The notes: a model not told the origin generated them from the sequence alone. 64,000 nucleotides of DNA from Haliotis rufescens (GCF_023055435.1 NW_025964361.1:1178001-1242000); one strand, 5' to 3'; shown: positions 23,401 to 38,400, counted from the stretch's first letter. Translations and numbers: made by a program.

Positions 23401-26400
23401 AGCAGCTCTAGATGAAGCTGAATTTAGAAAATGAACAAAGGAATCAGGCATTTCTATTTTAGGATTACAAGGAGTTTAGCCTAATTTCTGTGCTTAAATT
23501 CCCCTTCATCATCCATCATTCTAGAGTAATCATCAAATTGAAAAATGTTTTGAATTGGTGAATACAATCATTATTCAAAACCAAATATTTTAAAATTTCA
23601 ACCCTCATTGTTGGTTTCTTTCAAAATTAAGAAAAATATCCAATAATATATCTGTCCCACTATATATATAGCTGTTGAAGTTATCCATAATTCACATGGA
23701 TCTAGTTCAACGACCATCAGCTGTTTACAAGCCAAGGTTACCCAACTGAAGAACTCCCTTGTCGTCACTTAAAGGAACGAGCCTGATCCCTATGGGGCTT
23801 AAGCCCCGGCACTCAACTATTGTCAGAATGGAAATAATCATCATTAATTAATGCAGAGCACACCATCGACAGGTCTGAACTTTTGATTAAATGCAGTGGA
23901 GTGGAGTGGAGGCAGTGGGGGATTACTGCATCATGAGTGACAAAGGGGAACACCATCAGCAGCAGCAGCCAGAGCTGTACACAGAGACAGAAGACTGTGG
24001 CCAAACGCTGGTTCAGGCTTGTCAAGCTTATTTATCATTTCTGTCAGAGAATGGTAGTTTTTCATGTAGGAGCTTAGCTACAAGGTATTTCTTTGAGAGA
24101 TCATGTAAGTTTATTAACTTGCAAAGAAAAAAAAATGGCCATTTTGACATTTTGGGATCTCGGAGAGAAGGTATTTCTGTGATGATAACACACCTTTTTA
24201 ATAACTGAGAACATAGATACAGAGTGTTTTAAGAATGCATGTCGATTTTCTAACCCAAGCTTAGATACAAAGAATTTCTGTAAAAAGATTGTAGGATATT
24301 GATAACTACAAAAACATACACTGATACAGATACTGTCGTCCTGAATGCTATTTATAAGACGTGAATCATTAATAATGAATGAATTGTTATCTTTGACAAG
24401 GAATAAAAATATCCAAATTTAATTTGGAGGTTTTAATCATATATATATTTTTTGGAATAGTTTCTTATAAAACAAATAATTCAATAGACACAGATAAATA
24501 TCTCATATGACCTTTTCAAACTCAGTTTTTGGGACAATCTTCTCACAAGACCTGCACATAACCAAGGCATTAGTCAAGTGGAAATGACATGTTGGATATA
24601 CAAGCCACAACACATGCTTGTCATACAGACAATAGACGTATTCTTACACTGTAGTCTTGAATCAATAGAGAATTGGAAAAAAACATATCTCAAAGCAAAA
24701 AACACACGAAGACTAAGCCAAGGGTGCTTTGTTCACAATGAACCTCCAACACAAAAGGCACGCTAGTGAGGCCATATATTGTGGTGGGAGCCCTACCCAG
24801 GCCACATGATGGCCTGCTAGAGCCCTCTGGGACGATCAGAGTCTCCGTTATCTAAGGTTTACAATAACTCTGCACACAGAATGAGTCTGAGTTCACATAA
24901 ACAAGCAATGGGATTACCTGAGTCTTCACGTAGGTTTTAGACGTGGCATAAATGGACTACTACAAGTTGTTGAGAGAATGAATGGAGTTTCAGACTGCCG
25001 GTTGTATACATTGAAACCCTGCAAATCTGGATGCTCGTTTCCAGTAAAACTGGCACATTGTCCTGATTAATGGGGTTCAATGCACCAACCACAAATAGTT
25101 GTTTCAACAGTAATTGTTCGGAAGAAAGGGTTGCTGCATTAACAGTGTCCACATAAATGAGGTTTCATTGTATCCTTTTGATGAATATTCTGATTTAGCA
25201 CAGATAGACCAATGGGTAATAACATGAAGTATTTCCCATATAGGTTGAAATACTGAATGTAAAAATCTTTCGATATTTGCACTTATGCATTTTAGTGAAT
25301 CTCTGAAGTTGGATGGGCAGTCAAAGCTACATGACATCATACTCCTGCATTGTTAAAAAAATCCATATAACATCATCCACTTTTTGTGACATCAGAAATG
25401 GACAATGATTTCACAGCAGAAACAGCATCTTGGAGAGCTGACGTTTCATAAATTTTCTTCGCTTTCTTTTTTAAATTGACAATGGATGGAGGCTTGGGAT
25501 ATCATTTCATCATTCAGGATAGACAGTCCATTATTCCTACAGCAATCAGAGCCATCAAACTCCAAGGTCAAACTAGGAATCTTGTCATGGACTCCACTCC
25601 AAGTCCACAAAGCCAACTCAGTGCATGCCATGACTACCGCAACTTGATCACAGCACTAAGGTCCAAAAGTAAACAGAGCTTCAGCCATTTTGACCACCTA
25701 ATTCCCATCTAAGCAACATCTGACAAGCATGGAACCGATTCCAGTCTATACTTTACAGGGAAAGGTCTGATGTCTTAACCTAATTTGTAAAAGCTCTCAC
25801 CTGTGGCGCCATCAGTGGAAGCTTGATGTGAGACAGAAGTTTGGGAAGACATTTTTTCCTGTTATTCAAATCATGTTTGGACCACTTGACAAGAGCTTCG
25901 AAGATGGTTTCTTCGTTGGGTACGTTGAGGTCATCGCTGGCAAGGAGGTTACAGACTTCCTCCGACGGGAGGATGAGGAATTCCTGGTTGTTCATCACCT
26001 CCACAAAGTTCTCCTGCAACACCAGGGACATGGGCATTGGAGTGCTGCTGACAGACTACAGCAGTAGAAACTAACAGTATTCGTCCACTAGTCCTTATAA
26101 TCATAACATTAAGCAAAACCCTTAAAAATGGCAATTTTCTACTAGTCCTTATGATACCTTTAACATTGAGCAGTTTGGCAAGGACTATAGGACTAGTGCA
26201 AATTTCTAACCATTGACTACTGAATACACTCAAGGATGTGCATCCCACTAGACACAAAGTTCTACCTGCTAATTACACAGCGAGAGAGTAATCATATGGC
26301 AGATGAGTGACCGTCTGAGTAAGAGTGAATGAGAAAAGATTTAAAGTCACTTTGGCAATATCAAAGACTCTGCAAGTGAGCGTTTGAATTTTGTTTTATG

Positions 26401-29400
26401 TTATAGTCAGCAATATTTTGATACATTATAAGGACTAGTGGACTACAATGCAAGTTTCTACCACTGTCTACAGATCATATTGAACACAGCATACTGGTAT
26501 ATGGACCCAGGAGCCCCACTGGAGTACTCACCATCACGTAGTTGTTGGCCACCTTGTAGAGGTTGGTGCATCCCTGAGCGTCGGCAAACTGGCGGATGCC
26601 GATACAGTTTGAGGGGTGGAGCTGCTTCATGAGGAAGCTGCAGCATGCCTCCACCACCTCCGACAGCTGCAGCAGACATGCCGTCGACAACAGACTCTCC
26701 ACAGTCTCCTCCTTCAGCTCGATCTTACCTGCAACACACACAAGGGTCAAGGTCAATGTCAGTCTCAAGGTCATGATATGATACATAGGCTTCACAAACT
26801 GTGCCCTTTACAGATTCAAACCAGGGTCTCTGTGTGATGTAGGTCAAGGGCAACATCAGTCTCAAGGTCATGATCTTACACATAGGCTTCACAAACTGTG
26901 CCCTTTACAGATTCAAACCAGGGTCCCTGTGTGAAGAAGGGGCACTATGAATTACATGTGTCATTGGAGGTGTGTACAGGGTTTTAGGGACTAAGTTTTT
27001 GTATACCCCTCAGTCGTAACATCCTGTGCTCACTGTTATAGACACATGTAACTGATCATAAATCTGATTCCAGAGGAACTTCTATCTTGTTAAATAGTCT
27101 TGTTAGACTATAAACATTACAATGTCCCGCTGTCCTTGTACGGGTTCTACAACTGGCCAATCAGGTTTTGTTTCTTGTTTAACGCCGCACTCTGCAATAG
27201 TTCAGCTATATGATGATGGTCTGTAAATAATCAAGTCTGGACAAGACAATCCAGTGACTAAAATCAGGTTTTGTTTCTTGTTTAACAAAGCCGCACTCAA
27301 CAATATTCGAGCTATATGACGGCGGTCTGTAAATAATCAAGTCTGGACCAGACAATACAGTGATTGACATCATGAGCATCAACTCTAATCTGGATCTTCA
27401 CTGGCCCACTGGGCTAGGGTCAGGCAGGTTGGTGATTGGTCAATCTCAATTAGGTACAATGATTAACTAAACAAACTAAGTCTGGACCAGATAATTCAGT
27501 GACTGATATCATGAGCATCAACTTACACAATTGGGATATGATGAGATGAATCAACCAAATCAGCAAGGCTGACCATCCGATCTCGTTAGTCACCTCTTAT
27601 GACAAGCATGAGAGCTGAAGATCAATTCTAACCCGCATCTTCATGGAACAACAGGACAATCAGATTCTAAGATGATTTATGATAAACTTATCTCCAAACT
27701 ACCCTACATGTAGAGTTTAATTATTTGTTGTTTAACACCACAGTCAGCAAAACTCACTATATATCACTGTGCCCAAAACAACTGACTCGAGGCCAGTCAA
27801 ACCCTTGATGTAAAGAAAGAGCAATGTCCAGTGCTACACTGACAGTCTTCAAGGGAGTGAAAAGGAATGTTTTCTGGTATGTTTCTGTCATCAATATTTT
27901 ATCTTGATAATGTCTGTGATGAAATCCTATTTCTACAGACAACTATGGGACATTCTGAAACTGGAATTAATGTCTAGAGGAATAGGCTTATGGATAATGT
28001 GTTCATTCTTCAAGATAAGACCAGTTAAATTTCCCAGTTTGGCTATGATCTTGCAATGTTGAACAATGTTTACTCACAACAAAGAGTAAATAAAGAGGAA
28101 TCCAAGTGTCATTATTCACCATTTTACCTCCTGAAGTCAGATCTGGGTTCACTTGCACCACACGGTTTGAGAGCTATGATGAACTTCCATACTTTTACAA
28201 GACTTGGAACAGTCATAGTTGTAAGATCACTTTGTGCAAGTTTGTTTGTTTATTTGTTGTTTAATGCCAAACTCAGCAATATTCCTGCTATATGACGGCA
28301 ATCTGTAAATAGTCAAGTCTGGACCAGACAATCCAGTGATTGACATCATGAGCATCGATCCACGCAATTGGGATTGATGACATGCATCAACCAAGTCAGC
28401 GAGCCTGACCACCCAATCCTGTTAGTCGCCTCTTACGGCAAGCATAGTTGCCTTTTACGGCAAGCATGTGTTGCTAAAGACCTATTCTCCCCCGGATCTT
28501 CATGGGACACTTTGTGCAAGTGGACCCAGGTACCTAAATTTCAAGTGGACCCAGCTACCTAAATTTTAGCAATATCAAAGTAGGACACCAAGAATGGGCT
28601 TCACACATTGTACCCATGTGGGGAATGAAACCCAAGCATTCATCATGGCAAGCCAACACACCTACCATTAGGCTATCCCACCACCCCTAACACCCATGGA
28701 GATAACAAGATAAATAAGATCCCCTAGTATCGCTCATGCATGCTGCAGATATGGGAGAATGTCCTCCTGCTGCTATCAGTACACCAGGCTATGACAGCTG
28801 ACCCCAGTACAACAGCATGTTGCTTAGGTTACAGGCAGAGTACAGACATGTGTTCTTGTTGTTACAGCCAGTACAGCCTGTACCAGAACACCATACCTTG
28901 GGGACCCGACACGAAACAATGTCCACAGAGTTGTTACCGAGACAAAGGTCGTGCTGACCCCCGTGACCAGGCTGAGGATGACGAAGATGAAGAAAATGAC
29001 ACGCAGCTTATCAATGATTAATATTCCACCAGCTTCATATCCGCTGATTAAATTTCTGTCAATGACACAAGACTTGAGATATCACCAAAGACAGGTATAG
29101 TTAAATTACCATCCAGATCATTCATGAACACTCACTGAATGAAATTAGAACGTAGTATATGAACAACTTGATTAATTCTTCATAAAAAATTTAATAAAAC
29201 ACACAAAAATACACAAACAGAATTACTCAAACTGAAGACAACATGCTCTCCACTCCCCACCAAAAATAAATAAATTTAAACAATCCATCTAGATCACAAC
29301 ATGACATTTTTTTAAATAAACGAGAATACCATTCTCCTGTAGTTTTGTTGGAGATGAAGAACCTTGAAACACAAAACCATTTTTTGGCCACAAAGATTAA

Positions 29401-32400
29401 CTCCCACTACATCTGTTCCATGGTGCTACACATGATCATATGGCAATGTGTATTGAAAACACCACAAGAAAGTTGACTGTGAGGGAGCATTTGCCCTGTG
29501 TTTTTTCTTCAACTAACCTAATGAAGGTAATTTGCCACTGGCATGTTTCTTGTTGAATTTCTCAATGGCTCCCACGGCTCTACAAACAATGGAGTTACTT
29601 CCCCTCAGGTGGACAAAAAAGTGATGGAAAATGAAAGCATCTGCTCATGTTTTTCCTTCTGAGAGCTGAGCAATACACAACAAAGACTACAGCCGAAGTA
29701 AAACCATACTCTCGCATTCTACAAGAGGTTATCACTGCAGCCTAAAAAAGTGATCTTCGACATCACTTCCCTCGGCCTGACATTCAGCCTGCTTCTAACC
29801 TTTCTTGTATTGAAATCACATGACAAAAGGTTAAACATGTCAACAAATTCTTTAACAAATCCTTATTTGAGACCAAACTATGTGGAACACATTTGAAATG
29901 TTTTTCTCACAAGACCGTATAGCTAGAAGGTATTTGGAAATAATTAATCCAGGTTCTTTTCCAAATATTAATAATGGGTGAACATACTTTTCTATTTACA
30001 TTAGAAGGAAATGAACACACTTCCTTCTTGACTCTAATACATGACACGACAATGACATACCAACTACAATGATATCCTTTTCAGGACAGTCAACTCGTTC
30101 ACTTTGATTTTAGTACTAAATTTATTGCTTACACAGCTGTCAGCATATTATAACTACCACATATTTTTGGTACCTAGAATGAGTGAGTGAGTATAGTTTT
30201 ATGCCGCTATTAGCAATATTCCAGCAATATCATATCATGGCGGGGTACACCAGAAATGGGCTTCACACATTGTACCCATGTCAGGAATCGAACGTACCTA
30301 GAATGAGGGAGGGAGAAGTGGGGAGGGTATAGCTACCATATATGGCGGTATATAGTGCGAGTTTTTAGTACCTAGAATGAGGGGTATGAAAGGGGGTCGT
30401 CCTATGCATGGGGTAGAAGATCCCATGCCATGTGCTGGAGTTATGTATAGAACAAACAATCGAAGAAAAAGCCCAAAGACAAACATACTTTCTTACTGAG
30501 TGAGTGTGTGAGTGAGTATGGTTTTACGCCGCTTTTAGCAATATTCCAGCAATATCGTGGCGGGGGACACCAAAAATGGGCTAAACACATTGAACCCATT
30601 TTGGGAATCGAACCTGGATCTTCGGCGTGACGAATGAACGCTTTAACCACTAGACTACCCGACTGCCCAGTTACAACAGCATGCTCTGGTGACGTCCTTC
30701 ACTCCAGATTGCAGTAGAGATGGAGTACGTACATTAGCATTGATGTTGACGGTTTCTACAGGTCGATTATAGGTGGAGTCGTATCATAGACAGCGCTATA
30801 CAGTACATCACAATGGCCCGTATATAGGCAAGCCTGAGCCAGACAGACCAATGGTTGACAGCATGAGCAAAGATCAATGCGGTAAGGATATGATGACAAT
30901 CAATGTGACCAACCAATCCCAATACATATCTTAGTCGACTGTTCAGAATTAGAGCCTAAATGTTTTAGCCCATTGGTCCTCATAAACATAGCAATACAAT
31001 TAATAATGGCAAATATCTACTCATCCTTATGATACCTTAACTACTGGGCAGTTTGGCAAGGACTACACACTAGTGCCAACTTCTTACGCTTCTGTTACGT
31101 CAAGCTTGGGGTACAGGTTCCCTGTCTGGGAATCTATACAAGGAACTGAATCAAGAAAGAAAATTGATAATTGAAAATCTGCAATTCAATGTCATTGTGC
31201 AGAATACCAAACATAAGCAGACATTATTCCCCCCAAAAAGTCACAAACCAAGACACCTCTTGACATAAATTCAAAGTTGACAAATGTCAGTCAGCCCGAC
31301 TTTAGAGAAAGCTCTGAAAATTTAAGGCGAGTGGAATGTCATTTGCTATCCAACAATGACATCAAATACACGAAACCTTCTGATGTGCTTATCTAGTTTA
31401 AACAAAGTGCTAACCCAGCCCCAGGTCATTGGAATATAACAGCTGCCGCTCTTTAATCTTCACTGAATAAAGTTAACCCAAGTCTCACATCAAACCTTCC
31501 TTCCAGTGTGCTAAAAGCTGAGAAAGGGTTCCTGATGGCGCTAATGAAGCTGAAAATATGATTCTCGCCGTATCTAAAGGGGCACGGAAAATAAAATTAC
31601 CCATCCCTCTATCTGCACAACTTCCAGCCCTGTGTAAATCCAACGTGGTTTGTAAAACTCTCCAATACCATTCATTACCACAGTTTTATCTATCAAGCCT
31701 CATTAATTTGCAGACATCAATAATTACCCAGGATTTTAAAAGAAAATGTCAAGAAACATGAATAACTCTCGCGATGACTGAATGAAGTCATTAGGAAAGC
31801 CAAGCCTCTATTTGCGCAGGACGGCCATGATCCAAGACACAAAACCCCAACAATATTTGATTGTGGAGAACTAATCAATGTTTACTGTCCTTTTCTGCTT
31901 GTGAACTAAAGTATCAGATGCTCATCTCGTTAATAACATTGTCTACAGTGCTGTCCAAGCCGGCCACGTGTAGTGCGCTTCCTTCATCTAGAGGCATAAT
32001 GAAGTCATCTTGACAGACTGACTCACTGTGTGGTCAACTCAGCTGGACACCTAGAGCTCCACACCCAGAGCTCCACACCCGGCTCCACACCCAGGGCTCC
32101 ACACCCAGGACTCCACACCCAGGGCTCCACACCCAGGGCTCCACACCCAGCTCCACATCCAGGGATCCACACCCAGGGCTCCACACCCAGGACTCCACAC
32201 CCAGGGCTCCACACCCGGCTCCACACCCAGGGCTCTACACCCAGGGCTCCACACCCAGGGCTCCACACCCGGCTCCACATCCAGGGATCCACACCCAGGA
32301 CTCCACACCCAGGGCTCCACACCCAGGACTCCACATCCAGGGCTCTACACCCAGGGCTCCACACCCAGGGCTCCACACCCAGAGCTCCACACCCGGCTCC

Positions 32401-35400
32401 ACATCCAGGGCTCTACACCCAGGGCTCCACACCCAGGGCTCCAAACCCAGGGCTCCAAACCCAGGGCTCCAAACCCAGAGCTCCACACCCAGGGCTCTAC
32501 ACCCAGGGCTCCACACCCAGAGCTCCACACCAAGAGCTCCACACCCAGGGCTCCACACCGAGGGCTCCACACCCGGCTCCACACCCAGAGCTCCACACCC
32601 AGGGATCCACACCTGATCTTAGTCATCTTAGTGTTAACTGTTGTAATTTCCATATTTTAACACAGACATGTACCATACCACATGTTAGTCATCTTAGTAC
32701 TGTCTTAACTTCTATACCATCACAGACAAGCACCATACCACAAGGCGATCTTAGCGCCTCATCTGGCGTACTTACACATCTTAACACAGAGTAGCTCCAT
32801 CTTACAAAGTAATGATCGAACTAATACTGCCATTAGCCCCCACACATTAACAAGGACTTTTGCCATTTCACAAAATCCAATTTGAGCTATGTATGCCTAA
32901 ACATAGATAAGCAGAAAAGATATCATTATTATAACAACTGCATATGGATAAGAACTGGATTTGTTGTAACCAACGTCACCTATATAAGATGTCAATTTTC
33001 CTAGTGTTGACTTCACATTCTACCTCTGTGGCATGTAATCTCCACCAACAAACGGGTCAATGCTCATCACAAACTAAACTCCTCTCTAGGGATTTTAACT
33101 AATTTCCATGCAGATTTCTAATATCAGGGGCAACGATGGTCAGTGAATTGTGAAAAGTAAGGAAATAGAAGTACAGACAGGTCAGTAAGCTCATCCTCAA
33201 GACCCCAAAGCGATCACTGTGTCCCTGTGGGACAAGCATGTCCTCAAAGGCTAGTTCTCATAATGTTTAATCAATCTGTGACCTGAATTTCAAGCCCCAT
33301 CATTTGAAGCCTGATCTGGGTCAGTGGCTAATAATCCCAAATTGAGAAGTTCTTCAATGGAAGGAATCTCAAATGACCGAATTCCGGAGTGATGTCACAT
33401 AATGAGTTGGCCGAGTGTTGAACTTCATGATTGTGTTGTGTGTTGATCAGAATAATTCTTGGAACAAAGGAATCGCACAAGGTTATCAATGGCACTTTTA
33501 TAGAACATGCATTTGTATAGTATCTTTAATTAACATACCATGATAAGCATTCTGTCCTAGCTAGACTGTATTAGTTGCCTATTATCTTTTTATCTTTTTA
33601 ACATAAGCTTACAAGAATATCTCATTTCATAATTTCATGAACTTATGTTTTTCTGGAAAATTACTTTAGACAAATTTGACCCAGTGTATTACAAAAAGAA
33701 AAGACTAAAACTACTCTAAGAAAATAGGTTATGCTAAGACCCATGCAATCAACAATGACTTTGGTCAAACCAAAAATGGAAAACGGTTTTCTTGATAGCG
33801 AGAAAGTCATAGAATAAACCAAACATATTTCATATCTTTCATCAACAAATAATGACTGTTGTATTTCAAGTGAAATCACCCACTGGGATAATTCTAGGGT
33901 GGGGTCTTGTGCTTTTAGCCCCTACATTTGAAAAAAAGGCCCACATTTTCAAATACAATGGGTCATTTTAACATTGTACTCTATGGGCGTACCTCTGGAA
34001 TATTTGAAATTTTCACATAAAGAGCCCATGTCAGAAATTTACTAGAGTGCACCCTGCACCCAGATTAACAAAGTCCCAATTTATCAAATGGCTGTAACGG
34101 GGTAATGTTTGTTTGTATATATACATATAGGTGAGTTGAGGACTTTCTATATGTAGATATAGTTAGCTAATTTCTTAAACTTTCATGACTTTCTTTGTTA
34201 AATACTAAAAGACCATATCCTGTACCAAACCCAATTGAGACTAATAAATAATCATTTTCAGAAGATTTTATTGTTAGTATTATAATCTGAGCTTACGAGA
34301 GCAACACCAGAATCAGGCTTCAGACAGATGACTGAAGTCACAGACTCCAACACCCCCCAAAACAAGACATCAATTCACCGAAAATTGAAACTGCTTTGTC
34401 CTGAAACATCTCCTTTCCATAAATTGGTTATCCCGGCCAGAGCAACACCATGCTCCCTAAATCAGATGGCTGGGCCGGTGATGGAAACAACCCCTGCAAC
34501 AGCAGCCTCTGCAACCTCCCTCCACCAATCAGTGACACAAGTGACTCACAATGTGACACTGCGTCTGCCTCCTAACGCGATCAGTGATGGGGACTGGCCA
34601 TCATAAAAAAAAAAACATAATTGGGGTTCCACATTGTCTGTTGTCTGTGATTCTCTTTGAAACTGAGGGGGGCCTCGCTAAGTTGTAGTCGTGGTTGTGC
34701 TTCGCTGTTGCCGTACAGTGATACCCTGCTCCCCGCTGTCAGACAAAAGCAATTTCACACAATCAAGACCCTACTTTGCTTTCATCCTAAAAACTGCACA
34801 ATTTGTTAGGAAAGCACAACACGAAAAAACATTTGTGTTTTTCCACGTAAGAATCTGTTTCAAGTCTGGCAGGTCGACTGGGAGTGCGGTAATTGTTGGC
34901 GCCCTTGTCTCTCAGCAAGAGGGAACCTACACGATGTTACAACACCTGGAACAGGTGTAGGGAACTGGAACTGGAACAGAGCAGGGGCTCCAGCTTGCTG
35001 TAGTTGTTGGCACCAATGTCTTCTCATGTTAACAGAGACAGAGCCCAGTTTCCTCTAGAACTCGGGCGCAACATCATCCTGGTGTGTAGTGTGATACGGG
35101 TCTAGATAAGAGAGGTGGGATGCATTGGTTTCCGTACCTTTCTTTTTTCAGCACATCTTTTGGCAGCCTGATTAGTCTACACTCACCTCAGTAAAAGCCG
35201 GTGAAATACTCAAATGTCTAACTTCTTTGATAGGCGTTAATGATTTGTAATGAATAGTCTCAGGGATCTCAACACCATTATCATCCAGTAATTGAGAGAG
35301 CAGGGAAAACACAACTTTGAGCAATATTCCATCAATGGGGCTGGGGACACCAAGAATAGGCTTCACACATTGTACCCATGAGGGATCAAACTCAAGTTTT

Positions 35401-38400
35401 CAGCTTGACAGGTGAATTCTTCAACCATGAGGCCACCCACTGCCAATCACTCAGATAAAGCTGCTATTCGTTCTACTATAACTGGGTGATGGGGCAGCCT
35501 AGTGGTTAAAGACGTCACCAGAGCATGCTGTTGTAGATGTTCAGAAAGAAAGGGGGCAGTCGGGTAGCCTAGTGGTTAAAGTGTTCGCTCGTCACGCCGA
35601 AGACCCGGGTTCAATTCCCCACATGGGTACAATGTGAGAAGCCCATTTCTGGTGTACCCCGCTGTGATGTTGCTGTAATATTGCTAAAACTCACACACTC
35701 TACTGTAACAATTACTGTTGAAACAATAATCCAAAATATTGTTTCCACATAAGACCACTACTGGGTAACCTAATTTTGGAAAAATAACCATGTCATACCG
35801 GGGTACATCTTTTTGGCCAAAGAAACAGAAACTGGCACAAAAAAAATCTGGAAATGGTAGCATGTTAGTATTTCTTCTTTGAGAGGCATTTAGAAGTTTT
35901 GAACCTACACCGAAACATAGCTCCAGATTGTAATAAAGAAGTTGTTCATCCATAAATCTTATCCTTACTTATTATGTTAGTATTTATTTTGCAGGACAGG
36001 TCCCTCTCACAAATTAAAGTCCAGCCATAACTGATTTTTCAGTCTTGGCCCATAACAGCCATGTGAAAAGAACAAGGTCTAAAAGCGGGAGACAAATGAG
36101 AAATGAGCAATGGTGTAAAGGGCGATGTTTGGCAACAGTTTCAAGACTAACGGGCAGAAGTGGGCACCTAGACAAACTGCTTCTGCCAGTCCGGGCACTA
36201 ATGTCTCGTGCTTGTTTGTACAAGGTCTGACAGCCTGTTACATGATCCAGTGTAGGTGATGGACCCAAACGCTCAGGGTCAGGTAATATATTGTACCATA
36301 CAGTAGTCTCAGGGGAGGACGGAGATATACACTGTATCACCATACACTAGCATTCTGGGCCAAACACATCAAGTCGACCTGCCTAAATGTCTTGGCATTA
36401 TTTACAGTATATTATATACACTGTTGTAAATGAACTGCATCATCCGTAGCTGATCTCACTAGACCATGAATTTGTTTTCTTGACTCGGGCATCAGACTAG
36501 TGGCCAAATGTACAGGCCAAGGTTCAATTGTGTACAAAAAATTTATCAGTGAAGTGGACATTTTTCCAGGATCAATATTGATGATTATTTAATCCTTAAT
36601 TTATCAAAGTGAAGACTCTGTGCCTTTTTGAGTTCATTTTCCCCTTCTGTTTAACAAGATTCAAATATTCATTCCTGTGCGGAACTAAATACTTTCAAAC
36701 ATGCAAAATTAAACATGTTTTCAATTTTAAAGAATATTGAACTTGAAAAATATAATTCAACTGCAGTTTAGTTTCATGCATTCACCATGCACGTTCACTA
36801 CTGACAAGACTACAAAAACCTTCTACAAAATTAGCGGGGAGATGCAGGAATATCTGTTCTTTAATGTAGCTAAAACATTTGCACCTAAACAAATGTTGTG
36901 GTTTTTTCTATTATCAGTGTTTCCATTTGCTGTGATCCCACTCTGAAAGCCCGTGACAATGCCCAACTTTGTACTGATCGGAATGCATCAACATGGCTCA
37001 GTCAGCAACACAAACACGCCTACTGATAACTTTCAACTTGTGAACAGTATAATGTTTTTGTTTGAGGGTCAACATTACCAAAGTGAACTCACCCGACCTG
37101 GACTCGACACACTAATGTTTATACACAGCTAACCATCTCCAGCTTGAAAGTTTCACAAACAATAATGGCTGGGATTCTCAGGCAGCTTTAAAGTAACATC
37201 TTTGATGCTTTGGCAGGAGGAATGACACAAAGAATGGGAGTTTGGCATTTACCAGATCCGATCATCATTCCCTACAGCTACACTGTATCGGCCTGGGGTC
37301 AGACCAGTCAGCAGGAGTTACACACACACCACACTGACAGTCTTCCAGGACAATGCTGAGTCTACCACGCAGTAGTAAGTAGTATTTCAGGTGGAGCAAG
37401 TGAACCTGCCAAATCTGAGTGAGTGAGTGAGTATGGTTTTACGCCCCTTTTAGCAATATTCCAGCAATATTATGGAAGGGGACACCAGAAATGGGCTTCA
37501 CATACTGTTCCCATGTCTGGAACCGAACCCAGGTCTTCGGTGTGACGAGCTAACGCTTTAACCACTAGGCTACCCGACCACCCCATCCAAGTCTGATCTG
37601 GTGGGATTTAATGCCGCTAATAACAGTATTCCAGTTATATCATGGCATTTTGGAGGTACAATAGATGAAGTCCTACGATTGCCTTATTCTTGACAGATCT
37701 GGTGGATCAAGAAACCTATGACAAGGTACCATCTGATCCGGGTATGAGGGGATACTAGGTCAGCCAGGCTGGTTCCCTATGCCTGCAGTGAATTTTAGAG
37801 TTTTCTTTCCCATTAATGAATTTATCCATCAGACTTCAGATAAAAGACACTACAGCATACTGACACATATTGCTGTACTTAAGTCACAAGTACATACAGC
37901 CTTCAACACTAGTTTTCTAGCCTGAGCCTACTAAATTGTGCTGAGGACAAGAAAAAATTATATGACTGTAGTCCTTCACTAATAGCATCTGAAGGCTGTA
38001 ATAGACCAGGTCTCAGTGGTTCAATTTTTCCACAAACCGGAACTAAATAAAACTGCCAGAAAATGTAAACATATTAAACGTTCTTGTCTTGTTCAAGCAG
38101 GATTAGCTGCAAACAAAATAAGGCTAACACTACTCCTGTGGACTAGTCTGTAAAAAATCAAATTTCTATGGCTGGAATAAAATTGGAATGTAGAACTGTG
38201 AGCTATAGCTTTGTGCCAATGCATGGTATATGTACCGCAGGTATAGTCTGTCTTACAGACCCTGATACAAATATATATCAAATACAGCCCATGCAAGTCT
38301 ATAATGTTTGGCAAGTCTAGATCACTGCAGTATCTGAAAATGAAGAGAGTCACTGGGCTCCTTTTTATTATATTTTTATTAAGATAACTGAACAACTGTT

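Noticed and set aside
24937-25360. Two overlapping short - strand ORFs
   Set aside because: No recognisable homology or convincing splice pattern
32023-32794. Pro/His-rich and Trp/Gly-rich ORFs
   Set aside because: Translations of a 14-bp minisatellite
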